From Lentisphaeria bacterium (GTDB taxonomy: Bacteria; Verrucomicrobiota; Lentisphaeria; JABSQK01; JAWLHB01): a DNA stretch of 64,000 nucleotides. The position numbers and the translations under genes were made by a program. This document shows, one piece after another, positions 47,113 through 55,783 of the stretch. Position 1 is the first letter of the stretch. Each line of letters begins with the position of its first letter. The notes beneath the pieces are model-generated. The model worked only from the letters and a program-made list of their open reading frames with translations. It did no database searches and had not been told where the DNA came from. The DNA lies in contig JAWLHB010000024.1 in assembly GCA_041690595.1 (NCBI GenBank), forward strand, positions 1 through 64,000, given 5' to 3'.

Positions 47113-48771
47113 ATGACCGACCCATGCTATTTCGATGCCTGCATCCTGGCGGGCCCCCGGACGCGTAAACACCCGGCGCTTCCCTGGCGGCTGGAAGATG
47201 TCCTTGCCGAGATGGACCATTGCTCCATCTCCGGTGGTCTGGTGCGCTCGACGACGACGATCAGCTATGATCTATTAAGCGAAAATCTTCGCTTGTGCCG
47301 ACAATTGTCCGGCCACGACCATCTCTTTCCCGTGTGGAATGCCATGCCCGCCGCAACGGGGGAATTTCCCGAGACGACTGCGCTGCACGGCCTCATGCGC
47401 GAGCACGACATTCGGGCACTGACCCTCAATCCACGCACGAATGGATGGGACTGGGAGGCGGATCACAGTCAGGAACTCCTTTCCCTGATCGAGGCGGAGC
47501 AGATCCTGACGCTTCTGCCACGCCAGGAGTTCGGTGGCTGGCGGGAGCTGGACCTTTTTCTGGAGCGACACCCGCGCCTTCCCCTCTTGCTGATGGGCGC
47601 AACCTGGAGCGAGCAGCGCTACCTGCTGCCGCTGCTGACGAAGCACCGCAATCTGCACATCACCTTCGATCATTTTCAGATTCATTATGGGTTGGAACAC
47701 CTTGTGGCGCAAGGGCAGGTCGACCAGCTGTTATATGGGTCGAACGCGCCGGCCATGTCGATGGGTGCGCATCGGGCCTATGTCGATTACGCGGACATTC
47801 CGCCGGCCGCTCGTGAGCAGATCGCGGGTGGCAACCTGAGTCGGCTGCTCAAGGGGCAGCGGCCACCGCGCGTGCGCCTGAATGGCGATGAAGACGAGTT
47901 GATGCGGGCAGCGCGAGCGGGGGAACCCTTGCCCGTGCCGGTGATCGACATGCACATGCACATCCTGGATGACGGCCTCGACTGTGCGGGGGGCGCGTAT
48001 AGAATGGAGCGCGGAGGTCCGAGTGGCGTCTTCCCCCTGCTTGAGCGTCTGGGCTGTGTTGGGGGTGGATTCATGAGCTGGAACGGCACGGTGGGTGTAG
48101 ACTGTGTCGCGGGCAATGCCACGGTGGCCGGCGTCATGGATGTGGCGCCATCAGGCTATTGGGCGCTGGCCAGCATCGACCCCACGCATTACAGCCAGGA
48201 AGAGATGGAGCGCATGATCCCCCAGATGCATGCAGACCCGCGCTTCATCGGCATGAAACCGTACGTGCATTACGGGGTCGAGTACAATCATCCATCCTAC
48301 GACATCTGGTGGGAGTATGGCAATGCGCGCTCGTACTATGCGTTGATGCATCGCACCCGCAATGACTATCGCGAGATCGACATCCTCGCGGGTAAGTACC
48401 CCGACGTACGCTGGGTGGTGGCCCATTGCGGCGCCAGCTATGAGGTCGCCGACGGGGTGATCGAGTGCATGAACAAGCACCCGAACGTCTATGCCGAGAT
48501 CACGCTCACTCCGGTGACGCTGGGGGTGATTGACTATATTGTCGAACATGCCGGTCCGGATCGCATCCTGTACGGCAGTGATCTACCGATGCGGGACCCG
48601 CGACAGCAGCTCGGCTGGGCAGTCTACAGCCGCCTGTCCCTGGAGAACAAGGTCAAGTTGTTGTGTACGAATGCGCTTCGGGTGCTGGCGCCGTGCTGGG
48701 CAAGGTTGCCCGCCCATCATCGCCCCAAGGTTGCATCTCGTTACTGGCCCGAAGGAATCGATTTGGGCTGA
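47113..48771 (+). CDS. Tandem two-domain amidohydrolase_2 family protein
   Basis: Domain 1 ends LLYGSNAP...IAGGNL.RLL; domain 2 has IDMHMH, VVAHCG and ILYGSDLP. Confidence 0.88.
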   Translation: MTDPCYFDACILAGPRTRKHPALPWRLEDVLAEMDHCSISGGLVRSTTTISYDLLSENLRLCRQLSGHDHLFPVWNAMPAATGEFPETTALHGLMREHDIRALTLNPRTNGWDWEADHSQELLSLIEAEQILTLLPRQEFGGWRELDLFLERHPRLPLLLMGATWSEQRYLLPLLTKHRNLHITFDHFQIHYGLEHLVAQGQVDQLLYGSNAPAMSMGAHRAYVDYADIPPAAREQIAGGNLSRLLKGQRPPRVRLNGDEDELMRAARAGEPLPVPVIDMHMHILDDGLDCAGGAYRMERGGPSGVFPLLERLGCVGGGFMSWNGTVGVDCVAGNATVAGVMDVAPSGYWALASIDPTHYSQEEMERMIPQMHADPRFIGMKPYVHYGVEYNHPSYDIWWEYGNARSYYALMHRTRNDYREIDILAGKYPDVRWVVAHCGASYEVADGVIECMNKHPNVYAEITLTPVTLGVIDYIVEHAGPDRILYGSDLPMRDPRQQLGWAVYSRLSLENKVKLLCTNALRVLAPCWARLPAHHRPKVASRYWPEGIDLG

Positions 48772-50558
48772 TAACCGTGATGCGACGGGCGGGTGATCGT
48801 GGCGAGAACCCGCTCCGCTCCCAGATTGGTCATGCCCAGCCCCACCAGGAATTTTCCCAGCGCGGTGTCGGCAAGGTATTGGATCTGCCCAATGCCGATG
48901 TCGTGACGCTCGCAGAGTTCGCGGAAATCTCGCAGCGTGACCAGATGGATGTTGGGCGTATCGTACCATTGATAGGGCAGCGTATCGGAGACGGGTAGTT
49001 TGCCTTTGATCGCCAGGGCAACACGATAGGCGTAGTAGGCAAAATTGGGAAAACCGATGATCGCCTTGTGCCCGATGCGCAGCATGTGCTTCGTCGCCTG
49101 CAGCGCGCTGTTCAACTGCTGGATGGTCTGGTTCAACAGAACCCAGTCAAAGGCATTGTCGACGATGCTCCCAAGCCCTTTGTCGGCATCGAGCTGCAAC
49201 GCGGAGAGGCCGTTACGCATGCAGGAGACGACCATGTCGAAACTTCGGTCCAGGCATAGCCCGGTGACCTGTTTCTGCTCCTGCAGGGCGATGAAGAGGC
49301 TACCTTCGCCGCTGCCGATGTCGAGGATGTGGGCTCCGCGATCGACAATGTCGCAGATGCGATCGGTGTCGAGGCGATTGGCGGAAGCGGGCATCTCGCT
49401 GGCGGCTGGGCGTTGGCCATTGAGGAAGGCATCGACCCCGCGCGCGAGGATGTCGTACTCGATCAGGAATGCATCGTGCCCGTAGGGGGAGTCGATCTGG
49501 AAGAAGCTGACGTCCTTGCGGTTGGCGAGCAGACCGGCGAGGATCTCCAGTTGCTGCTCCGGCGGGAAGAGCCAGTCCGAAGTGATGGAGACGACGAGGA
49601 AACGGGCGCCGACATCGGCGAAGGCGCGCTTGACGCTGCCGTATGCTTTGGCAAGGTCGAACATGTCCATCATGCGGGTGATGTAGAGGTAGCTGTTGGC
49701 GTCAAAGCGGTGCACGAACTTGTCGCCCTGGTAGCCAAGGTAGGATTCAACCTCAAAGCTGGTGCTGAACTTGCTGCTGTCCGCGGGCAAGGGCCGGTCA
49801 TGCTGCTCGCGTCCGAACTTGAGCCGCATGGAGGCAGCCGAGAGATAGGTGACGTGGCCGATCTGCCTGGCTCGTGAAAGGCCCTTGCACGGGGTGACAC
49901 TGTTGGTGTAGTAGGCGCCGTCGTGGAAGTCGGGATCGCACTCGATCTCCTGGCGGCCGATGATGTCAAACGCGAGCGCCTGGGGTGTGAGATTGACCGC
50001 GGAGGCCACACAGATGCAACGCTTGACGACCCGCGGGTAGCGAATGGCCCAGTTGAGAGCCCGCATGCCACCGAGGGAGCCGCCGATAACCGCATAGAGT
50101 TCTTCGATGCCCAGTTGAGTGAGAAAGAGCTTTTCCACCTCAACCGTGTCATCAAGGGTGATGAGGGGGAAACTGGTGCCGTAGGGTTGGCCGGTCGCTG
50201 GGTTGATCGATGCGGGCCCCGTTGTTCCCTTGCAGCCGCCAAGGATGTTGCAGCAGATCACATGGTAGCGATTGGTATCCACCGCCTTGTGGGGACCGAT
50301 GAGGTCGTCCCACCAGCCGGGGGTATTATCCTCAGGGCTGCTGTAGAAAGCGGCATGCGCATCCCCCGTGAGAGCATGGAGGACAAAAATGACATTGGAG
50401 CGGTCAGGCGCCAGCTCACCGTAACGTTCGTAGGCTACGGTGACGCGTTGAAGGAATTCGCCATTGCTCAGGCGAAAGCCTTCCGGCGGCAGTTCGAGAT
50501 CGAGATACTCGGTCTTGACAATATGTTTCTCCACGCGAATCCCCCCTTCAGACATCAC
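48741..50558 (-). CDS. metX: Homoserine O-acyltransferase MetX fused to MetW methyltransferase-like domain
   Basis: HALTGDAH, GWWD, GGSLGG, RFDANSY, SDWLFP, GHDAFL, then ILDIGSGEG, FPNFAY and LPYQWYDTPNIH (MetW). Confidence 0.93.
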   Translation of the reverse strand: MMSEGGIRVEKHIVKTEYLDLELPPEGFRLSNGEFLQRVTVAYERYGELAPDRSNVIFVLHALTGDAHAAFYSSPEDNTPGWWDDLIGPHKAVDTNRYHVICCNILGGCKGTTGPASINPATGQPYGTSFPLITLDDTVEVEKLFLTQLGIEELYAVIGGSLGGMRALNWAIRYPRVVKRCICVASAVNLTPQALAFDIIGRQEIECDPDFHDGAYYTNSVTPCKGLSRARQIGHVTYLSAASMRLKFGREQHDRPLPADSSKFSTSFEVESYLGYQGDKFVHRFDANSYLYITRMMDMFDLAKAYGSVKRAFADVGARFLVVSITSDWLFPPEQQLEILAGLLANRKDVSFFQIDSPYGHDAFLIEYDILARGVDAFLNGQRPAASEMPASANRLDTDRICDIVDRGAHILDIGSGEGSLFIALQEQKQVTGLCLDRSFDMVVSCMRNGLSALQLDADKGLGSIVDNAFDWVLLNQTIQQLNSALQATKHMLRIGHKAIIGFPNFAYYAYRVALAIKGKLPVSDTLPYQWYDTPNIHLVTLRDFRELCERHDIGIGQIQYLADTALGKFLVGLGMTNLGAERVLATITRPSHHGYQPKSIPSGQ

Positions 50559-52029
50559 AACAGGCCAGCGCCTGTCGAAAGCGTGCGATCAGCTCTTCGG
50601 CACCTTCCAGGCCGACCGAAACGCGGATAAGATAACGTGACACCCCATGCAGTTCCACTTCCGGCAGCTCCTGATAGTGCGCCAGAATGGTGTACGGGCA
50701 GCATAGGGTGAAATTGGTGCCCAGGTTCGGCCCCTTGCTGATGCGCAAGGCGTCGAAGAAAGGTGCTGTCGTGCGCCGCGGATCGCGCAGCAGCAGCGAG
50801 AAGAGGTTGCCAAAGGTGGCACCATCACGGCGATGCGCCACATAGGCGGCCTCGCTCTGGTACCGCGGGTAATAGACGGTCTCGATGGCAGGGTGGCGAG
50901 ACAGCTCGTCGCAAAGCAGCTCCGTGGTGCGGCCGCAACGTTCGGCGCGCTCGCTGTAGTCGCGGGAGTTCTCTTCGAGAACGATGGCATCTTCGTCAAA
51001 GAGAAGGTCTTCATACTCACCCCGAAGGAAGGTGCAAAACTGCTGATGCCAGGCACTGTCACGGCGAAGAATCAAGGCCCCGCCCATGACGTCACCGGCA
51101 CCGGAAAAGAGCTTGGTGAGGCTGGAGACGAGGATGTCGGCGGGAGGCAGGACGCGCACGTTGTGAAAGGAGCCGATGGTGTCGTCAACGATGAGCGGGA
51201 ATCGATGTCGCTGGGCCAGCTCGGCCAGACGCCGCAGATCAGGCGTGACAAGGAGGGGATTGGACGGGAACTCGCAGAAGAGGCCCATGATCTCTTCCTG
51301 CGCGAGAATCTCCTCGAGTTTCCGGTAGTCGGCTTCATCGGCACGCGCCAGGAAGTGAACGCCGGCGCCGAATTTTTCCTGAATCTTGATGGTATCGGTA
51401 TAGGGGAAACCGAACTGTACGCAGCGGCGGCTGGGCAGGACGAGTTGGAGCAGGCGGAAAGTTTCATAGATGGCGGCCATGCCGGACGGGAACAGGAAGA
51501 CATCCTCGGGCTCGGCACCGGCCAGGGACGCGATCCGTTCGCGAAGGAGCTTCTTCTGCCCGTTAGCCTGAAGTATGGGTCGACCTGTCAAAGTGGCCTC
51601 AGCCAGGCGGGAGGAAATGATGGCGCCGGTATGCTGCCAGAAGTACTTGGCGGGGCGCTGTCCCTCGGCGCTGAAGTTAATGACGAAAATGCCGTTCTCG
51701 CCATAAGTATGCAGGCCGCTGGTTACGCCCTGCCGATACATGAACTCCCGGCAGAATTCGGCGGTCTGGCGCGAGGGAAAGGCAATGCAGGTCTCGCCCG
51801 GATGCGCAAAGCGCTGTACGCACTCGCTGAAGAGCTGGCGGGTGAGCGGATGGTGAACGAATCGGGGGTAACCGGTAGCGAGACGATCGATGACGCGTGG
51901 TTCACCTTCCTCGTAGCCGATATTGTCAGCCCAGGTGGGCAGACAGACGGATACCGCATGAACGGAATCGGGAATGGGATGGCCCAGCTCGGCGGCGTTG
52001 CACAAGGGATCGTTGAGGAGATCGCGCAT
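50548..52029 (-). CDS. Cystathionine gamma-synthase, fungal Str2-like long form
   Basis: HAVSVCLPTWADNIGYEEG...GYPRF, FGFPYTDT, CEFPSNPLL, SSLTKLFSG.GDVMGG, KGPNLGTNFTL.CPY..LAHY. Confidence 0.85.
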   Translation of the reverse strand: MRDLLNDPLCNAAELGHPIPDSVHAVSVCLPTWADNIGYEEGEPRVIDRLATGYPRFVHHPLTRQLFSECVQRFAHPGETCIAFPSRQTAEFCREFMYRQGVTSGLHTYGENGIFVINFSAEGQRPAKYFWQHTGAIISSRLAEATLTGRPILQANGQKKLLRERIASLAGAEPEDVFLFPSGMAAIYETFRLLQLVLPSRRCVQFGFPYTDTIKIQEKFGAGVHFLARADEADYRKLEEILAQEEIMGLFCEFPSNPLLVTPDLRRLAELAQRHRFPLIVDDTIGSFHNVRVLPPADILVSSLTKLFSGAGDVMGGALILRRDSAWHQQFCTFLRGEYEDLLFDEDAIVLEENSRDYSERAERCGRTTELLCDELSRHPAIETVYYPRYQSEAAYVAHRRDGATFGNLFSLLLRDPRRTTAPFFDALRISKGPNLGTNFTLCCPYTILAHYQELPEVELHGVSRYLIRVSVGLEGAEELIARFRQALACCDV

Positions 52030-53192
52030 CAGTGGCCTACCTCCTTCAGCGCTGCCCGCATATCGTCGATCAAGTCGTCGATATGCTCGATGCCGACCGA
52101 GAAACGGACGAGCCCATCGCCGATGCCGACCTTTTCGCGTGCCTCGCGGGGAATGCTGGCGTGGGTCATGGAGGCAGGGTGGCAGACCAGCGACTCGACG
52201 CCGCCCAGGCTCTCCGCCAGGGCAAAGAGCTTGAACCTGCCGAGCATGCGTTTGGTGGTGGACAGGTCGAGGGCGAAGTCGGCCGTGACGATGCCGGAGC
52301 CGCCCTGCATCTGGCGCCGCGCGAGGGCGTATTGTGGATGCGATGGCAGATGGGGATAGCGCACCAGTCGGCAGATCGGAAGGGATTCGAGAAAGGCGGC
52401 AAAAGCCAGCGCATTCTCCTGATGCTGACGCATGCGAACGGCCAAAGTCTTTGCGCCGCGAGCGATCAGCCATGCGTCGAAAGGCGAAGGATTGAGCCCG
52501 ATAGCCTTCTGCGCAAAGATCATCTTCTCGTGCCATTGGGAATCATTGGTGCAGACGACGCCCCCCAGGCAGTCGGAATGGCCATTGATGTACTTGGTGG
52601 TGCTGGCGAGCGAGATATCCGCACCCAGCATCAGGGGCCGCTGCACGAAGGGGGAAGCAAAGGTATTGTCGACCAGCAGTTGTGTGCCGGCCCGGCGTGA
52701 GGCGCGACTGATGGCGTCGATGTCGAGAACCTTCAGCAGCGGGTTGGTGGGCGACTCGATCCAGACCAGCGCGGGCCGATGCGCGACAATGGCGTCATGA
52801 TTGGCGGCATCGGCGAGATCCAGGTAGACAACACGGATCCCATAGCGGCTGAAGACCTTGTCGAGAAGGCGATAGGTGCAGCCGTAGATGTTCTCCTCGG
52901 CGAGGACGAGGTCGCCGCTGGAGAGAGTCGACACCACCGCGGTGATGGCGGCCATGCCGCTGGAGAAGACGGTGGCATGTTCGGCCCCTTCCAGAGCGGC
53001 AAGCGTGCGTTCGAGCCTGGTGAAGGATGGATTGCCGGAACGCGTGTAGTCGTAGCCGCGGGTCTGGCCGGGCTCTATCTGCGCGAAAGTGCTGGTGGCA
53101 TAGATAGGGGGTACCACGGCACCAGTCTCCCGGTCGGGTTCCTGCCCGCAATGGATCGCCGCCGTCTCGAATCTCATTCTGCTTTCGTCCAT
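52029..53192 (-). CDS. Cystathionine gamma-lyase/synthase (Cys/Met metabolism PLP enzyme)
   Basis: PPIYATSTF, YTRSGNP, ESPTNPLL, VDNTFASP, STTKYINGHSD, LAESLGGVESL..HPASMTH. Confidence 0.95.
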   Translation of the reverse strand: MDESRMRFETAAIHCGQEPDRETGAVVPPIYATSTFAQIEPGQTRGYDYTRSGNPSFTRLERTLAALEGAEHATVFSSGMAAITAVVSTLSSGDLVLAEENIYGCTYRLLDKVFSRYGIRVVYLDLADAANHDAIVAHRPALVWIESPTNPLLKVLDIDAISRASRRAGTQLLVDNTFASPFVQRPLMLGADISLASTTKYINGHSDCLGGVVCTNDSQWHEKMIFAQKAIGLNPSPFDAWLIARGAKTLAVRMRQHQENALAFAAFLESLPICRLVRYPHLPSHPQYALARRQMQGGSGIVTADFALDLSTTKRMLGRFKLFALAESLGGVESLVCHPASMTHASIPREAREKVGIGDGLVRFSVGIEHIDDLIDDMRAALKEVGH

Positions 53193-53219
53193 GCCTTTGA
53201 CCTCAAGTGAAAGGCGCTC

Positions 53220-53248
53220 AATATACCGGCCTGCTTCAGAATATCCAA
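53220..53248 (-). promoter_or_regulatory. Putative sigma70 promoter of the met operon
   Basis: Minus strand TTGGAT (53248-53243), 17-nt spacer, TATATT (53225-53220); GAGG RBS before the ATG at 53192. Confidence 0.55.
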
Positions 53249-53435
53249 TCGGACTCCGACTGCTTCCAGCGCTGACGAATTCAGCTTGTGGCGTGGCGCT
53301 GCGGGTGGCTGAGCGAAAGATTTCCCGTGACGATGGCGCGAGCGAGCCGCGCGCGGGCGGTTGCAGCGCGATGAATGTGGTTTGGATGAGGTGGACGGAC
53401 GGCGGGGCGGAGATGGTACGACTACGGCGTATGGA

Positions 53436-54881
53436 TCAACATCGGCTCAAGCGGATCTGTATCTTCTCGGGTGGTTCATCCATCTGCGGGAGATGGTGGC
53501 GCAGGCTTTCGATGAGTCGTTTGGCGAAGTTTCGCATGGTGCCAAAGACGGCGGCAAATGTTGCTTTGGGGTCGCCGGTGGATTTTTGTATGTAGTCGCC
53601 GTACTTGACCAGATCGTTGAGCAGTTGGGCTATCTGCAGGATCAGGTAGTAGTTCTTCCAGGCCTGTTGATGTCTGCCGTAGAGGTGGCTCATCTCGTAG
53701 CCGCCGTTCTTCTGGGTATTGGTACCCTCGTTTTCGATCTTCCAGCGCAGCCGTCCGATCAGCGCCAGATCGAATGCGTTATCTCGTTTGGGTTTCACGT
53801 TGGCGATCCAACGGTTGTAGTAGACTCGGTCTCCGTGTTCGTCGAGATCCTCCATTTCAAGCACATGGAAGGTCAGACCGTGATAGGTGATGGGTGTTTG
53901 CCAGCGCACGGTGCGCCGCAGCCAGCCATGGGTTTCATCCCTTAGTCGCTCCGTGCGGCTACCGGACCAGTGGTCGGGGTCGCGGGGAAGTTGGGCGGTG
54001 ACGCTTGGCAGCTTGTCCTCGGAGAGCGTCACGAAGAAGTTCCAGCCGGCTTTTTCGCAGTCGGTAAAGGTCTGCTCCTCGGCGTAAAGGCCGTCGCCGG
54101 TGAGGTTCAGCTTCAGCTGCGGATAGCGCTGGCGGATCTTCTCGAAGAGTCGCCGCCAGGCCTTGATCTCGCAATCCTGCTTGTCGAACTCGCCGGAGGG
54201 GTTTTCGATGAACTCGAAGGCGAGCGGCACCACCAGGCCGATGGGGGTGACGATCTTCACCGCCAGCGCATAGTGAAAATAGATGGTTTCACCATTATGG
54301 GTCTGGTGGGTGCAGTGTTCGCAGTGGCGCTTTTTGAAGGTATACAGCTTGGTGCCGTCGACCGCGGCCGTGAGCATCCCCTCCAGACGAAAGCCGTCCA
54401 GAGCCCGAGATGTGCGCAAACGGGTGAAGACCGCCGCAACGAGATCTTCCAGATGCTTGGGATCGAGCACTTCCATGACCCCGTTGAGGGTGTCGGGGTG
54501 ACAGGCCAAAGCAGCCCTGCGCTTTGCCAGTTTCCAGATGTTCCGGGGCAGGTTGCCGCCGGTCATCTCCCGGCCCAGTTGCCGGCGTGAACCGCACTGG
54601 CCGCAGAACATCATCAGCGCCAGCAGCATGAGGTACTCGATGGGAAAGGTGCACGCCTGCGGCTTGACCCGCGGATCGGGAATCGCCTGGAGCCATTTCA
54701 CGAAGTCGGGGAAGTAGTGTCGGAGCACGCCGACGTAGATGTCGGCGGCTTGGACCTTTGCGCCCGCTTTCGGTTTTGCCCGGCGGCCCGGCTTGCCGGA
54801 ACGTGGATCCGGATGATCTGTTCGTTCAGAGCCGAGATCTCTTTCATCAGTCGCTTCAACCGCTTGTATGTCTGTGCCCAC
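53436..54881 (-). CDS. DDE transposase (IS4/ISAs1/ISNCY-like); true N-terminus uncertain
   Basis: IPDPR; AVDGT (D1); CEHC; KQDCE; TGDGLY (D2); RWKIENEG.NTQKNGGY (E). Confidence 0.92.
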   Translation of the reverse strand: MGTDIQAVEATDERDLGSERTDHPDPRSGKPGRRAKPKAGAKVQAADIYVGVLRHYFPDFVKWLQAIPDPRVKPQACTFPIEYLMLLALMMFCGQCGSRRQLGREMTGGNLPRNIWKLAKRRAALACHPDTLNGVMEVLDPKHLEDLVAAVFTRLRTSRALDGFRLEGMLTAAVDGTKLYTFKKRHCEHCTHQTHNGETIYFHYALAVKIVTPIGLVVPLAFEFIENPSGEFDKQDCEIKAWRRLFEKIRQRYPQLKLNLTGDGLYAEEQTFTDCEKAGWNFFVTLSEDKLPSVTAQLPRDPDHWSGSRTERLRDETHGWLRRTVRWQTPITYHGLTFHVLEMEDLDEHGDRVYYNRWIANVKPKRDNAFDLALIGRLRWKIENEGTNTQKNGGYEMSHLYGRHQQAWKNYYLILQIAQLLNDLVKYGDYIQKSTGDPKATFAAVFGTMRNFAKRLIESLRHHLPQMDEPPEKIQIRLSRC

Positions 54882-55120
54882 TGCTGAACCTCATCACAAA
54901 GCTCCCGTGGCACGTGCGTGGTCGCCGTCTTGCCACGAACCTTGTTGGTCAGCACGTAGGCGTCGTGGGTCTCACCCTGGGCGCAACGGCAGCCGGGCTT
55001 CCCACACTTGATCCGTTTCCTGTAGAACGAACCCTGGATGAACGGACCGAGCGTAGCGAGCTGCTTGAGCAGCGCATCGCGGCGGGTCGTCAGGGTCTTT
55101 ATCGATATCTGCTTGACCAT
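54698..55120 (-). CDS. DUF6788-like IS accessory protein
   Basis: GGAGGT RBS; GSFYRKRIKCGKPGCRCAQGETH motif followed by a coiled coil. Confidence 0.85.
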   Translation of the reverse strand: MVKQISIKTLTTRRDALLKQLATLGPFIQGSFYRKRIKCGKPGCRCAQGETHDAYVLTNKVRGKTATTHVPRELCDEVQQWAQTYKRLKRLMKEISALNEQIIRIHVPASRAAGQNRKRAQRSKPPTSTSACSDTTSPTS

Positions 55121-55285
55121 GCTGCACCTCCACGTCTGGGCATAGATCTTCCGTCTGCCGCCCCCTCGCCTGTCGCGAGAGATCCGTGAATATGCATGGG
55201 ATCCGTTCCTGATCAAGGAAGTTGGCGGCCGCGTCTCGTCGGATCCCGGTGTCGCTCACCATTTTCAAGACGCACTAATCCATTA

Positions 55286-55640
55286 CTGGGCTATGCACTT
55301 GACTCCCGCGACCACTACATGTTGTGGTTTGCTCAAGGCGCCAGATCGACCGAGGAGGCTTTCTGTGACTGAACCACCAGAAACCATTGTTTCCAAGGGC
55401 CACTTATGACGTATCCTGTCGCTGGCCACACAAACATGCGGCAATGCCAGCACGGGTGCGTGGTACATGGAGGTAAAGGGAGGTGAAGTTGCACAATTTG
55501 ACCTCCCCAAGTTGTCCCTTTCGGCTTCTATACGCGAGAGGCATCGCAATCATCGTCAGCACTATCTGCCAGGTGTCAGTAAAAGTCATCCTTCCGAAAC
55601 ACTACATATTGGGGCAGCGGGAGTCAAGTGTATACCCCAG
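55286..55640. mobile_element. 355-bp non-autonomous element (MITE) nested in the IS
   Basis: Imperfect ~45-bp TIRs beginning CTGGGCTATGCACTTGACTCCCGC and (reverse complement) CTGGGGTATACACTTGACTCCCGC; flanked by ATCCATTA at 55278-55285 and 55641-55648. Confidence 0.88.
55599..55627 (-). promoter_or_regulatory. Putative sigma70 promoter in the MITE right end, overlapped by an NrdR-box-like site
   Basis: Minus strand TTGACT (55627-55622), 17 nt, TAGTGT (55604-55599); ACACTACATATTGGGG at 55599-55614. Confidence 0.45.
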
Positions 55641-55783
55641 ATCCATTATTATAACTTAACGGTACTGCCACGGATAAGGAAAACAAGCCAAAACCCGCAT
55701 CACGAAAGGAAAATTTTCGATTTTGACCGGATTCAGCTCCGCTCAGCGCGAAGAATCCCTAATTCGTCAGCGCTGGACTGCTT

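Larger units (their letters stand above)
53267..55775 (-). mobile_element. Complete insertion sequence (DUF6788-like ORF + DDE transposase), 2509 bp
   Basis: Perfect TIRs CAGCGCTGACGAATT (53267-53281) and AATTCGTCAGCGCTG (55761-55775); direct repeat GACTGCTTC at 53258-53266 and 55776-55784. Confidence 0.95.

Noticed and set aside
50548..52536. 662-aa version of the Str2-like ORF
   Set aside because: The first 169 codons overlap the upstream PLP enzyme gene; ATG 52029 with RBS and stop-start coupling is the better start.
53193..53260. SAM riboswitch or T-box before the met operon
   Set aside because: The leader is only about 25 nt after the predicted -10 and shows no conserved aptamer motifs.
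55121..55775. Bridge-RNA or omegaRNA-like guide in the long IS leader
   Set aside because: The transposase is DDE, not IS110 or TnpB, and over half of the length is explained by the nested MITE. An ncRNA cannot be excluded without covariation data.
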